64,000 nt of DNA, from contig AP024596.1 in assembly GCA_019704295.1 (NCBI GenBank), positions 1,440,001 through 1,504,000 of the forward strand, read 5' to 3'. The stretch is from Sulfolobales archaeon HS-7. GTDB taxonomy: Archaea > Thermoproteota > Thermoprotei_A > Sulfolobales > Sulfolobaceae. Below are positions 20,096 to 30,575 of the stretch, piece after piece. Both the position numbers and the translations under genes were made by a program. A model generated the notes under the pieces. The model ran no database searches. It saw only the letters and a program-made list of their open reading frames with translations, and was not told the DNA's origin. Position 1 is the first letter of the stretch; each line of letters begins with the position of its first letter.

Positions 20096-22855
20096 TTACA
20101 CCTCCAATTGCTTAATGGCCTTGATGACCTCCGTTCTCTGATCCCTTTCCATTTGTCTTTTGTTTCGGTTTACGGGGTGATGATTGATGACCTCCGTTCT
20201 CTGATCCTCTTTTTTAGGGGAGGAGTTTGAAAAATCCATATCACGGCTCGCATCCTTTCTCTGATCCCATTTCTCCCCCTTCATCGTTATCGTCAGGTCC
20301 AGGGATACCAAATCCTGGTAAAGTCCCCTCAACTTAAGGTGAGGATCTCCGTTCCTTCGGAAAAGGTGAGCTATAGCGTCTTCAGGGAACTCCCTTATGA
20401 CCGTCACGTCAGTGGTTAACCAATCCTGTATAAAGCTAGACGTCAACTTCTTTTCCCTTCTCAGGGAGTCTAGGACGTCAAGGACTCTCAAGGAGAGCTT
20501 ACCGCCCTCCACCAGCGGATAGTTGTAGAGAATGGCCGCTTCCTCCCATTCAATTGCCCCCCTTCCCCTCAGCACCACAGTTACGTCCTTAGGTGAGCGA
20601 GTCTCCGAATTGATTTTGATTTCCAGGAAATCCTTTGTTTCCTCCAGGGAATGCGCAATTTCCCAAAGGTTATAGACTGCGTCCTTGTAGTGAGCTATGA
20701 GAACGCCGTAACTCCTACCGTATAAGGACAAAGCGTCCACTACCATCTCGTTAAATACGTGAAAACCTACGGGGGAACCCCAGTAGTTAGTCCTGGTTTC
20801 CTTAACTAGGTCGAGGGCTTCCTCAACGGGGGTAAGGAACATTACGTCGTCACCTCCAGCGAACACCAGAAATCCCTTTTTGCTTACTGTGGACGCGTCC
20901 TTCACCGCACTCAAGGCCAGAGCTCGAGAGATGGCTATGAGATATATTCCAGTCACCGGGATAACAGCACTCCTCTCTCCCTTGATGAAGTCGTCAGGAC
21001 CTAGGGAGAGATGTTTCATGAGGGATAACAGAGAGTTAAGCCTCCTTTCAATTTCCTCAGTAACACTCCCTCTCGTTTTCTCAATGTACACCTTTAGGGT
21101 CATTTCAATGCCTCCTCTCCAGACCTTCTTTCCTATGAAGTCCCCGTCCCCTCTCACTATAGCGTAGTATATTTTGATCTTCTTGGGTAATTCTCTCAAG
21201 AAATCATCGTCGTTTACGTTGCTGAATAACTCCTTGGCCTTTTTCGGTTCCCTGAGTATCGAGATAAAGGGCCTCTCCTCCCCAATGTAGAACAGGTAGC
21301 CCACGTCTTCGTATTCCTTAAGCGGTTTGGGAAGAGGTATCTTAACGTTGTCCTTTATTCCTACCTTACTCAAGACCTCCCTCCACAGGCTTAGGTTGGC
21401 TATATCTATCGTGGAGGGTATTACCTCAAAATCTTCCTCTACGTAGAAGCCCAATTCCTCCAATAGCTTCCTTTTATTGCTTTTCCCTAAAACCCTCTTA
21501 ATGTAGCAGTAAGCACAGAGCTCCTCCCTTTCGTCAAGGTTCTTATCCTCACCCCCATGTACGACTGAGGGTAGGATACCGCAAGACGTACACAGCGCGT
21601 ATTTTCCTCCTTCTTTAAAAAGGGCGTGCGTGTTCTTCCCAGCTTCCAACGCGTACGTTACACCGTAAAGTACTTTGACCGGGCTTTCCTTATTTACCTC
21701 TTTAATTAACCACTCCAAGAAGAGGGAATTAGATGGCTCAACTAAATCTGAACTCCCGCTCGTAAAACTCCCTACAGCCTCTCTGAAATCCTTAAACGCG
21801 TTATTCACGTCAATGACCTCAACCTTTATGGGCATTATGGGGAAATCCCTGATCCTCTCTCTAACGTCCGAATTGATGCACTTATCCACAAGAGTCTTCC
21901 AGGCGTTGCTGTAATTCTCCGTAATTTCCCTCTTAACGTCATCAGCCTTTTCGTAAACAGGAGGTAGTGCCAGCAGAATGGTTGCGGGCATTACGGGTTG
22001 GTATGGGGTGAGAATTTCGGAGGAGAAAAGGTTTCTGTACTTTTTCGCAACGTCCTTGGGAACTCCCTCCTCCATTTTCTTAATTACGGAGGAGATTAGG
22101 AACGGGTTAAGGCCTATGAAAGGCGAAATCATGATGTCAGCACCGTACTTGAAGATCAGGGGTTCAACCGTTCTGTATGCCAGGAAGGAGAGGGTCCAAC
22201 TGCCAGCCCACAGATCTGAGGCCCTTCTGGCCTTGCTTATCACCTGCTGAATGCCCGGTATGTCCACCTTAACTAGGTAGCCCTTGGGTTCATCCCCGTC
22301 AAGGAACCAATTTGAAAGAGTCGCCGTGCTGTAGAGGAGATCGAATAATGAGTAAGTGGGTGACCTTGGGTCGGCTACGGGAATTCCCTTAGGGTTATGC
22401 GAGTACCAAAGAAGTTCTAGAGACGTGTAAAGAGCGTTGTACCTGATCACGTCGTTCTCTATGCCTAGATATAGGTTTAAGGCGTCCTCGACGAAGCCAG
22501 GTACGTCCCTAGGTTCCTGTATATCGTACTTGTACAGGGGATTAAACATATTGAGTTTATACCTAGGGACTTGAACTTCCGCCTGGGGCGTCAAGAACTC
22601 ATCAGCGGACGTGGAGAATAGCCTAGCTACGTTCACTGTCCTCTCCAGTTTTGCAACGTCCGCCTTCCCTATGACCTTAGCTAGGGCGTATCCCTCAGAC
22701 TTCCCCAGCTCTCCCAAATCCTCATACGCGCTGCCAAGCCCCATCTTCGTCAAAACGTCTTTCACTATCCTCCTTTCCTCAATCCCCTTCAACCAAGGCC
22801 TCCACGGGGGTTCGTGAAGAAGCGCCAGGAACTTAACCTTTATTTCATTTACCAT
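20096..22855 (-). CDS. cas10: Type III-B Cas10/Cmr2
   Basis: DLWAGSWTLS, Zn finger CTSC..CAYC, RGDGDFIGK and palm motif FAGGDDV. The N-terminal HD site reads LLHEPP. Confidence 0.95.
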   Translation of the reverse strand: MVNEIKVKFLALLHEPPWRPWLKGIEERRIVKDVLTKMGLGSAYEDLGELGKSEGYALAKVIGKADVAKLERTVNVARLFSTSADEFLTPQAEVQVPRYKLNMFNPLYKYDIQEPRDVPGFVEDALNLYLGIENDVIRYNALYTSLELLWYSHNPKGIPVADPRSPTYSLFDLLYSTATLSNWFLDGDEPKGYLVKVDIPGIQQVISKARRASDLWAGSWTLSFLAYRTVEPLIFKYGADIMISPFIGLNPFLISSVIKKMEEGVPKDVAKKYRNLFSSEILTPYQPVMPATILLALPPVYEKADDVKREITENYSNAWKTLVDKCINSDVRERIRDFPIMPIKVEVIDVNNAFKDFREAVGSFTSGSSDLVEPSNSLFLEWLIKEVNKESPVKVLYGVTYALEAGKNTHALFKEGGKYALCTSCGILPSVVHGGEDKNLDEREELCAYCYIKRVLGKSNKRKLLEELGFYVEEDFEVIPSTIDIANLSLWREVLSKVGIKDNVKIPLPKPLKEYEDVGYLFYIGEERPFISILREPKKAKELFSNVNDDDFLRELPKKIKIYYAIVRGDGDFIGKKVWRGGIEMTLKVYIEKTRGSVTEEIERRLNSLLSLMKHLSLGPDDFIKGERSAVIPVTGIYLIAISRALALSAVKDASTVSKKGFLVFAGGDDVMFLTPVEEALDLVKETRTNYWGSPVGFHVFNEMVVDALSLYGRSYGVLIAHYKDAVYNLWEIAHSLEETKDFLEIKINSETRSPKDVTVVLRGRGAIEWEEAAILYNYPLVEGGKLSLRVLDVLDSLRREKKLTSSFIQDWLTTDVTVIREFPEDAIAHLFRRNGDPHLKLRGLYQDLVSLDLTITMKGEKWDQRKDASRDMDFSNSSPKKEDQRTEVINHHPVNRNKRQMERDQRTEVIKAIKQLEV

Positions 22856-23715
22856 AGTTTCACCCTGGATACCTCAATGTCCGCCCTTCCGTATCCCTTG
22901 CTTGTCCTACTGCCGATTCCCCTAGATAGGGAGTAAGTTAGCAGTAGAAAGGCCAGCTCTGCGGGTTTTTTAAGGTCGTAGTTGAAGACTGTTTTAGAAT
23001 ACCACTTTGCCTCCTCAGTAGGTTTCATCCCTATTATGAATCTAAACTTTACACCCCTCTTTACTGACAAACTGGTGATAGGATTTGGCACGACCTGCCA
23101 TTCGCTCTTCACCACTCTCCCATTACTGTAATAGTGTGGATTCACGATATCTCCCTCGAATAACTCCCCCTCACTCAACTCCACCGGATAAGCGTTTGAA
23201 ACTACGATTTCACCGACTTTACTCTGACTTTTTAGATCTTCTACTTTAAGGTACTCGAGGTCCTCCTTGTCGATAACGTCACCTGAGCCGAAGACTTTTA
23301 GTACGGATTCGACGCACCTTTTCCTCTCATTAACTTTCCTGCACAACTCTAATGCGTATGACCTCATGACTCCCTTAAGTGAGGAACCTGGTACAAAGGG
23401 CAAGTCCAGGACTGAGTCCCAGTGCATCCCGACCTCGGTGACGAGCTGAAGGAATCCCGACGCCGAACCGGTTAAAAGTCTAGATGTCAACACAGCTATT
23501 ACGTCACACCCGCTTAGCTTGAGGCCCTTAAAGGCAGTAACTACCTCGTCAAGGTAACTCCTGGCCAATTCCACGTTATTCTGGAAGTCGAAATCAAGCC
23601 CCTCATTAACTACCGTCTCCTTGATCTCTTTTCTCATGTCCTCCTTGCCAAGAGAACCCTTATACTTTTCCTTCACGGCAGATATTGAGGTAAGCATGAA
23701 GTTCCTTCCTTTCAT
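22849..23715 (-). CDS. cmr6: Type III-B Cmr6
   Basis: LPFVPGSSLKGVMR, DIVNPHY, PNPI, GIGSRTSKGYG. Confidence 0.93.
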   Translation of the reverse strand: MKGRNFMLTSISAVKEKYKGSLGKEDMRKEIKETVVNEGLDFDFQNNVELARSYLDEVVTAFKGLKLSGCDVIAVLTSRLLTGSASGFLQLVTEVGMHWDSVLDLPFVPGSSLKGVMRSYALELCRKVNERKRCVESVLKVFGSGDVIDKEDLEYLKVEDLKSQSKVGEIVVSNAYPVELSEGELFEGDIVNPHYYSNGRVVKSEWQVVPNPITSLSVKRGVKFRFIIGMKPTEEAKWYSKTVFNYDLKKPAELAFLLLTYSLSRGIGSRTSKGYGRADIEVSRVKLW

Positions 23716-25223
23716 ACTCGCCTACCCCCTCCGAAGCATTGAGTTGACTGATCCCTTTGTTCTTGTCCAGGTTTACAACACACGCCTATGTAGGCTTTGA
23801 CATACATCATGGCGTTATCCACTAATTTGCTAATACTAGTAATTTCTAAGTCGTCTCTAATCGGGATGAATATAGGCCCTCTCTTTTTATCATTTATCAG
23901 AAAGCCCTCAGATACCCCTTCCTCTTTGGGTGTCCCAGATACCTTCTCTTTGGGCACATTTGGTAGAAAAGTTAGGGCGTGAACGTTAAATCCGTTTTCG
24001 GCTTTACTCACATCTAATACAACGTAAGATTGTCTTCTCGCTATCTTCTTTTCCCCAAAGAAGATGTATCCTGTAATTTTAACATGAGGTCTTACCGCCC
24101 CCCTAGATTTATCTCCTTTCCCCAAATCAATTACATCACGCAGGCGTTCCCCTAATATCTTCTTTGCCTCTTCGATATTAGGTGTTCCTTTTCCACCCTT
24201 ACCCTCTCTGGGTAATCCTAAAACCCATGTGTCTAACTTATTACCACGCTTTTCCTGATATAATCCCTTCCACTCTGCCTTAAGGATGGCCCTTCCTATA
24301 CATTCTAAGGCATGCTCCACATTTCCTGAAACAAACCCTAATTTAACGCGACTGGTGTATACCGGAAAGGTATCTGAACGAGACAGTCTCTGGTGTAAGA
24401 GGTCCTGTGGGTCGACGCTTAACTCACTCCTGTCTAATCGCTCGAACCTCCCGAACCCTCTGTTGCCCCCCTGTCCAATTCCTAATCTAGATAATGTGAA
24501 CAGAGAGGATTTAACGAATTCCTCACCCAAGGTCTTTTCTTCCCTTTCCGCCATCACCTCCACTGTGATGGACACAGTACCTGGTCTCACAGGTAAAGCC
24601 TTTATAACATTCAACAAAGCGCTCTCTTGGGAACCCTGACGATACCAAATCCTAAGCAATTTTTCCACCTTGAGAAAAACTCTTGGAATACAGAATATTG
24701 ACAGGAAATCAAATCCTTGCTTTTCATCACAGAGACCTCTGAGGCTTCCCTCAACCTCCTTCATTTTCCTCTTTAGTTCATTCTCCTCATTCAGAGCGAG
24801 GTAAGTTACCTTTTTTCTCCCCCCGTGGCCTGTACTCGACTCCTTCTTTGCAGTTTCAGGCACGACGTCGTTCACGACCTCACCTGTCTTTAAGTCCACC
24901 TTTATAGGGCTACCAGTAATGCTAACGGTAACAGCTGACTTTCTCCTCTTCTTTGAGTCCCCCGTTATGCCTAATTTCTCTAGGAAATCGTCTCCCCTAA
25001 TAGTCCTCATGAACCAAACGGTCTTACCCATCAGGGATTTCGCATCAGGTAAATTGACGTATCCGTAATTCCCCTTTACTCTGATGACGTTACCGGAGAA
25101 ATCTCCTCCCCACCAGGGAGTGTAGTTGACGAAATTCCCCCTGAAGATTACTTCTTGTTTCGCGACTCCCTTTACCTTGTTTATCATGTTCCCTATGTCT
25201 GGATTATCACTCATTAGTGTCAC
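23712..25223 (-). CDS. cmr1: Type III-B Cmr1
   Basis: TPWWGG, glycine loop GIGQGGNRGFG, LGLPR and RRQS motifs; operon position. Confidence 0.85.
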   Translation of the reverse strand: MTLMSDNPDIGNMINKVKGVAKQEVIFRGNFVNYTPWWGGDFSGNVIRVKGNYGYVNLPDAKSLMGKTVWFMRTIRGDDFLEKLGITGDSKKRRKSAVTVSITGSPIKVDLKTGEVVNDVVPETAKKESSTGHGGRKKVTYLALNEENELKRKMKEVEGSLRGLCDEKQGFDFLSIFCIPRVFLKVEKLLRIWYRQGSQESALLNVIKALPVRPGTVSITVEVMAEREEKTLGEEFVKSSLFTLSRLGIGQGGNRGFGRFERLDRSELSVDPQDLLHQRLSRSDTFPVYTSRVKLGFVSGNVEHALECIGRAILKAEWKGLYQEKRGNKLDTWVLGLPREGKGGKGTPNIEEAKKILGERLRDVIDLGKGDKSRGAVRPHVKITGYIFFGEKKIARRQSYVVLDVSKAENGFNVHALTFLPNVPKEKVSGTPKEEGVSEGFLINDKKRGPIFIPIRDDLEITSISKLVDNAMMYVKAYIGVCCKPGQEQRDQSTQCFGGGRRV

Positions 25224-25683
25224 CCTGCGGCGTGAGCATTTCGCTAAGTTCCTTGACTCTTATGATCGGCGTGAGTATCTTCTTCTCTATTTTCACTTCC
25301 CGCTCCTCAATGCTCCTTATGCACTCTAAGATCAAATCCTCCCTGATTTCGTCACCACCACAACTTTCCACCTCCATACTGTTCAAGATGTAGAAAAGGG
25401 AACCGATAAACGCCGAATAGCCCTTATTGCTCTCCCCTTCCATGTCACTACATATCTTTTTGTCTTCAACCCTCGGAGATTCCGCTCTCCAATAATCGTA
25501 ATAGTACCCGATATCGGAGATCTTCCCCTTTGATAAGTAGAAAATCATGGCACCTACAAGACCTCCCTGCAGCATCAATGATGGGAAGTCCCTTGCTCTT
25601 CTCGTAAATCCTTTAATTCCCTCATCCCCGCACTTCCTCTTGACTTGGTATAACTTCTTAGCAATGTCTATAGCCAAATCCAA
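25207..25683 (-). CDS. cmr5: Type III-B small subunit Cmr5
   Basis: RARDFPSLMLQGGLVGAMIFYLSK motif; lies between cmr4 and cmr1. Confidence 0.9.
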   Translation of the reverse strand: MDLAIDIAKKLYQVKRKCGDEGIKGFTRRARDFPSLMLQGGLVGAMIFYLSKGKISDIGYYYDYWRAESPRVEDKKICSDMEGESNKGYSAFIGSLFYILNSMEVESCGGDEIREDLILECIRSIEEREVKIEKKILTPIIRVKELSEMLTPQGDTNE

Positions 25684-25687
25684 GTTC

Positions 25688-26596
25688 TCACTCTCTAAGC
25701 AAGGAGACCTTAATAACGCCCCTTCCGATTGTCTCCTTACCGCCCAAGTTCATGTAAAATGAGTTGCCCGACTCACTTCCCGTCGCCATCTTAAGGAACT
25801 CCTTATATTGGTTGGCGAAACAGTTATCACTGCAGATCTCCTCATGGTTCCTACAGTACTTATTGACCTTAGGAAGGGAAGGCACGAGTAGTCCGAACAT
25901 TATCGTTCCTTGCGGTAAGTACTCCTCCGTCCACAATCCTCCCTCATTCGTGGTCTTCGTACTCAGGTTTATTTTATTCCTGGTCATCCTGATGTAAGCC
26001 CTCTCCAAGATCTCCGAACCCTCGTCGTCCTCTAAGACGGTAATACCGTCATTGATCTTCTCACTAAGCTTGCCCAGTCCCGTAAACATAGTCGGATTTT
26101 CGATCTTTATTAGCGGTTTCTTCAATCCCGCCACGTCGACTTCTCCGCTGGAATTTCCGTAGAACTTTTTGATTGCGGAACGTAAGCTCTCGTTGCTTGT
26201 GAGTTCCAACAGGTCCGTAACCCTGCTGATTAGGTACCGCGACGTTCCGTAAATGTACCCGTGAGTGTTACTCGGAATGGGAACTAGTAAGGGTATCAAA
26301 TCGGTCACGCTTATTACCCCACTACCCGTCTCGTCTCCCTTCTCAGGTCCGAAAAGACAACAGCATATTCCAGCCTTCTCGCAATTGATCCTTCCATCTT
26401 CGAGTGGAGAGTTGTAAAGAGTAGCACAGAACGATTTCAACGCTCCCTTAAAGGATGAGGCGTAAACTACAGGGTAGTTAAACGGATCCCTTTGCACAGG
26501 AAGATCCACAGCTCCCCCGCTCCTCCCAGCTCCTACGTGAAGTGGAGTTATTGCGTAAATAAGTATTACGTCAACCTTCTCCTTAGGGACAGACAT
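25688..26596 (-). CDS. cmr4: Type III-B Cmr4
   Basis: TPLHVGAG, VDLPVQRD, ASSFKGALK, LWTEEYLP, LGGKETIGRG. Confidence 0.96.
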   Translation of the reverse strand: MSVPKEKVDVILIYAITPLHVGAGRSGGAVDLPVQRDPFNYPVVYASSFKGALKSFCATLYNSPLEDGRINCEKAGICCCLFGPEKGDETGSGVISVTDLIPLLVPIPSNTHGYIYGTSRYLISRVTDLLELTSNESLRSAIKKFYGNSSGEVDVAGLKKPLIKIENPTMFTGLGKLSEKINDGITVLEDDEGSEILERAYIRMTRNKINLSTKTTNEGGLWTEEYLPQGTIMFGLLVPSLPKVNKYCRNHEEICSDNCFANQYKEFLKMATGSESGNSFYMNLGGKETIGRGVIKVSLLRE

Positions 26597-26775
26597 AGCA
26601 TTTAGATAATCCTGAAATTTAAAAAATGTATCGGTCTCATCAGCTCTTACAACTTCTACATACCCTCTATCTTGTTAAGGGTTTTCACGGTTAATCGAGG
26701 ATCAACGTGAACGTATTACGCCTAATCTCGGAAACTCCAAGAGGTAAATGTCTTTAACTTTAGTTAAGTATGCAA

Positions 26776-26940
26776 ATAACAATAACGAAATTTACTTAAA
26801 ATTCTAAAGAGTTTTCTCAGGTTAACTTACCACTTTCACAATTGATTTACTCTAAATATGGGAAAAGCTTAAACCGACTTGCACATACTTCGCGATTTCC
26901 AGCTACTGCGCGATTCGTAATCCCCCAATAATTGCAGTCC
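26776..26940 (+). repeat. Dispersed intergenic repeat; direct copy at about 39504-39667
   Basis: Shared TTACTTAAAATTCTAAAGA...TAAATATGGGAAAAGCT.AAACCGACTTG...AATAATTGCA, about 80% identical by eye. Confidence 0.85.
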
Positions 26941-27330
26941 GTGGAAGAATTGGAAAGTTCCTCGCTTAAACTTTAACGTTCTCATTTCTACCCACTTATT
27001 AACACCCAGGGTATTACTATACGCGTAAACTAGGCTACTCACCTTTCTCTAAGATAAAAGTTGATCCTTTCTCCACTTCAACGAAAATTTAGCTAATTTC
27101 TACTCTCTTGAGCGAGATTTTCTCGTGCATTAGAAATTGTACCATACTTTTGGCGAAACACAACTGGATTTCATCACGGGATTTTTATAATAAGAGCAAG
27201 TGTGGTATACGACTTGTGTATTCGCGAATCATTATCACGATAAATGACTTTTTCTAAAATCAAAAATTTTATTTAAAATGTTTAGTGAGCTATCCTTTTT
27301 AATGCAAAACTAGATCATACGCACGTGTCC

Positions 27331-30255
27331 ATGAAGATATCGATTGATAACAAGGAAGCAACAGCAAATGAAGGGGAAACCATCTTATCAGTATTAAAGA
27401 GGAACGGGATATACGTACCCCACATATGTTACAATGAGGGCTTATCGCCAGTAGAGAGTTGCGATTCATGCCTAGTGGAAGTGGACAAAAGACTAGTTAG
27501 GGCTTGTTCAACAAAGGTCGAAGATGGAATGAGCATTCTAGTGAACAGTTCCAGGGCGATAAACTCTAGGAAAACTGCAATTTCCAGAATATTAAAGTAT
27601 CATAAACTCTATTGTAGTATGTGTGAAAATAACAATGGAGACTGCGAATTACATGACGCTGTAATAAAATTGGGAATAAACTCACAGAAATACGTTGAAA
27701 AACCGCACACCGTCGACGATACAGGACCCTTTTACGTTTATGATCCATCGCAATGTATACTTTGTGGGAGATGTGTTGAGGCTTGCCAGGATTTCGCAGT
27801 AAATGAGGTAATATGGATTAATTGGGATTTAAATCCTCCCCGAGTGGTCTGGGATAACGGAAATCAAATAGGGAATTCCTCATGTGTTAACTGCGGAACT
27901 TGTGTAACAGTGTGTCCTGTGAACGCTTTAATGGAGAGAACAATGCTAGGAGAAGCTGGATATCTAACGTGGATTAACAAAGAGTTAAAGAGAAGGGCGA
28001 TCGAAGCAATAGGAAAAGCTGAGGACAACTTCAGCCTGTTAATGACTTTTAGCGAAATCGAGGCAAAAGCCAGGGAAAGACAGATAAAGAGGACGAAAAC
28101 CGTTTGCGTTTACTGCGGAGTCGGTTGTTCCTTTGAGATATGGACTAAGGGGAGGAAAACACTAAAGGTGGAACCTAAGCCAGAGTCTCCAGCTAACGGA
28201 ATTCTAACGTGCGTCAAAGGGAAGTTCGGTTGGGACTTCGTTAATAGCTCAGATAGGATAACAAAACCCCTAATAAGGGAAGGAGATAGATTCAGAGAGG
28301 CGACCTGGGATGAAGCGATATCATACATTGCTAAAAGGCTAAAGGAGATAAAGGAAAAATACGGACCAGATTCCGTCGCAATCATAGCCTCAGATAAGAT
28401 GAGTAACGAGGAGGCTTACCTATTACAAAAACTAGGTAGAGCGATAGTAGGAACCAACAATGTAGATAACTCTGCAAGGTATTGCCAGGCCCCAGCCACA
28501 GTAGGGCTTTGGAGAACCGTGGGGATAGGGGCAGATTCCGGAACTATTAAGGACATAGAAATGGCTGACTTAATAATTACAGTGGGGCATAACACTACCG
28601 AAAGTCACCCCGTTATAGGAAGTAAGGTAAAGAGAGCCCAGAAAATTAGGGGGGCAAAGGTAGTTGTAATAGACGTGAGAAAGCACGAAATGGCTGAAAT
28701 GGCCGACCTATTCATAAGACCAAAACCAGGCACCGATGCGGCAATATTGGCTGCCGTTGCTAAATACATTATTGACAAAGGATGGGAAAACGCGGAGTTC
28801 ATTGAGAAGAGGGTAAAGGGATTTGATGAATTCAAGGAATCCATAAAGGGGTTCACATTAGATTACGTTGAAAGCGTTAGCGGAGTTTCAAAGGAACAAA
28901 TAATTAAATTAGCGGAAATGATACACGAAGTTAAAAACGTAGTAATATTATGGGGAATGGGAGTAACGCAGCATTTAGGAGGGGCTGATACGTCAACCAT
29001 AATATCTGACTTGCTGTTAATAACCGGAAACTACGGAAGGCCAGGGACTGGAGCGTATCCCATGAGAGGTCATAACAATGTACAAGGGGTTAGCGATTTC
29101 GGCTGTTTACCTAATTACTTACCAGGATATCAGAGATTAGACGATGAAAACGTAATAAGGAAATTCGAAGAGAGTTGGGGAGTTAGATTAAACGGAAAGC
29201 CGGGATTGCAAATACCTAAAATGATTGAGGGAGTATTAGAGGATAAAGTTCACGCCTTGTACATAGTTGGAGAGGACACCGTAATGGTGGACTGCGGAAC
29301 CCCATTGACTAAACAGGCCTTAGAGAAGGTAGACTTCTTAATAGTTCAGGACATGTTCATGACCGAAACTGCCAAATTAGCCCATGTAATATTACCGGCA
29401 GCTGCCAGCATAGAGAAAGAAGGGACATTCGTAAATACCGAGAGGAGGATTCAAAGATCCTATAAGGCCATGGAACCGTTAGGAGACTCTAAACCTGATT
29501 GGGAAATAATCCAAATGATCGCTAATGCCTTAGGGGCAAACTGGGACTATAAGCACCCCTCGGAGATAATGGATGAAATAGCTAGACTGTGTCCAATATT
29601 TGCCGGAGTTAGCTACTTAAGGTTAGAAGGATTTAATAGCCTACTATGGCCGGTACATGAGGATGGAAGCGACACTCCACTTTTATATGCTAACGCTTTC
29701 GCAACGAGAGACGGAAAGGCCGTGTTATATCCGTTAAGCTGGAAACCTCCGGAACTAAGAGATGAGGTTCATAGAGTGATCGTAAATAGCGGAAGAGTGC
29801 TAGAACACTTCCACGTAGGAAATATGACGGGAAGAGTTGAGGGATTGAGGCGAAAGGTTCCGGAAACTTTCGTTGAGGTATCAAGGGAATTGGCCGTAAA
29901 GTACTCCATAAAGAGCGGAGATCTCGTATTGGTAAAATCTAAATTTGGAGGGGAGGTAAAAGCTAGGGCTGTAGTTAGCGATAGAGTTCGAGGCGAGGAG
30001 ATATTCATACCCTTATTCGCTTCAGATCCCTCTAAAGGCGTTAATAACCTCACTGGCTTAGAAATAGACAAGGCAAGCGGTACCCCTGGATATAAGGATA
30101 CGCCGGTGGTAATAGAGAAAATAGAGGAAGGGAAGGGAGGAAGCCCGTTACCTTCAGATAATTGGAGATTTCACTTAAATGAGAGGAAAAGACAGATAGG
30201 AATAGAGGTGCAAAAGAAATGGGTGAAAGAGGAGTTCAAACCATTGACGGATTAG
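27331..30255 (+). CDS. fdhF: Formate dehydrogenase alpha subunit (FdhF/YjgC-like molybdopterin protein)
   Basis: N-terminal 2Fe-2S and 4Fe-4S motifs (CILCGRCVEAC, CVNCGTCVTVCP), CVYCGVGC, ARYCQ (Cys form) and RGHNNVQG. Confidence 0.93.
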   Translation: MKISIDNKEATANEGETILSVLKRNGIYVPHICYNEGLSPVESCDSCLVEVDKRLVRACSTKVEDGMSILVNSSRAINSRKTAISRILKYHKLYCSMCENNNGDCELHDAVIKLGINSQKYVEKPHTVDDTGPFYVYDPSQCILCGRCVEACQDFAVNEVIWINWDLNPPRVVWDNGNQIGNSSCVNCGTCVTVCPVNALMERTMLGEAGYLTWINKELKRRAIEAIGKAEDNFSLLMTFSEIEAKARERQIKRTKTVCVYCGVGCSFEIWTKGRKTLKVEPKPESPANGILTCVKGKFGWDFVNSSDRITKPLIREGDRFREATWDEAISYIAKRLKEIKEKYGPDSVAIIASDKMSNEEAYLLQKLGRAIVGTNNVDNSARYCQAPATVGLWRTVGIGADSGTIKDIEMADLIITVGHNTTESHPVIGSKVKRAQKIRGAKVVVIDVRKHEMAEMADLFIRPKPGTDAAILAAVAKYIIDKGWENAEFIEKRVKGFDEFKESIKGFTLDYVESVSGVSKEQIIKLAEMIHEVKNVVILWGMGVTQHLGGADTSTIISDLLLITGNYGRPGTGAYPMRGHNNVQGVSDFGCLPNYLPGYQRLDDENVIRKFEESWGVRLNGKPGLQIPKMIEGVLEDKVHALYIVGEDTVMVDCGTPLTKQALEKVDFLIVQDMFMTETAKLAHVILPAAASIEKEGTFVNTERRIQRSYKAMEPLGDSKPDWEIIQMIANALGANWDYKHPSEIMDEIARLCPIFAGVSYLRLEGFNSLLWPVHEDGSDTPLLYANAFATRDGKAVLYPLSWKPPELRDEVHRVIVNSGRVLEHFHVGNMTGRVEGLRRKVPETFVEVSRELAVKYSIKSGDLVLVKSKFGGEVKARAVVSDRVRGEEIFIPLFASDPSKGVNNLTGLEIDKASGTPGYKDTPVVIEKIEEGKGGSPLPSDNWRFHLNERKRQIGIEVQKKWVKEEFKPLTD

Positions 30256-30575
30256 TTGAACAACTGGCTGAAAGCAAGGACGCGTTAGAGGAGTTCTTAG
30301 CCCTATTAAACGCATTGCAGAAGTCCGGAATACTGCCGCTGTTAATTGGAATAGTGGAAAAACTGGACGAGAACTTAGCTTTCTTAGCGGAACAAAACGC
30401 TATATTCATAAGGAACGTTAACGTGATTTACAGCGTTTTAAGTGGGAAGGAAGAGGTCGGTAATGTGAGTTTAGGAGAGTTAATAAGGGAACTAAACGAT
30501 CCCGATGTCAGGAGGGGATTGCACCTAGTTTTAAAGGTACTTAAGGCGATAGGTAGTGCAAGTAAGAAAAGTTAA
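30219..30575 (+). CDS. DUF1641/YjgD-like helical protein of the fdh operon
   Basis: C-terminal LxELNDPDVRRGL..LKAIG motif; lies between fdhF and fdhD. Confidence 0.8.
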   Translation: MGERGVQTIDGLVEQLAESKDALEEFLALLNALQKSGILPLLIGIVEKLDENLAFLAEQNAIFIRNVNVIYSVLSGKEEVGNVSLGELIRELNDPDVRRGLHLVLKVLKAIGSASKKS

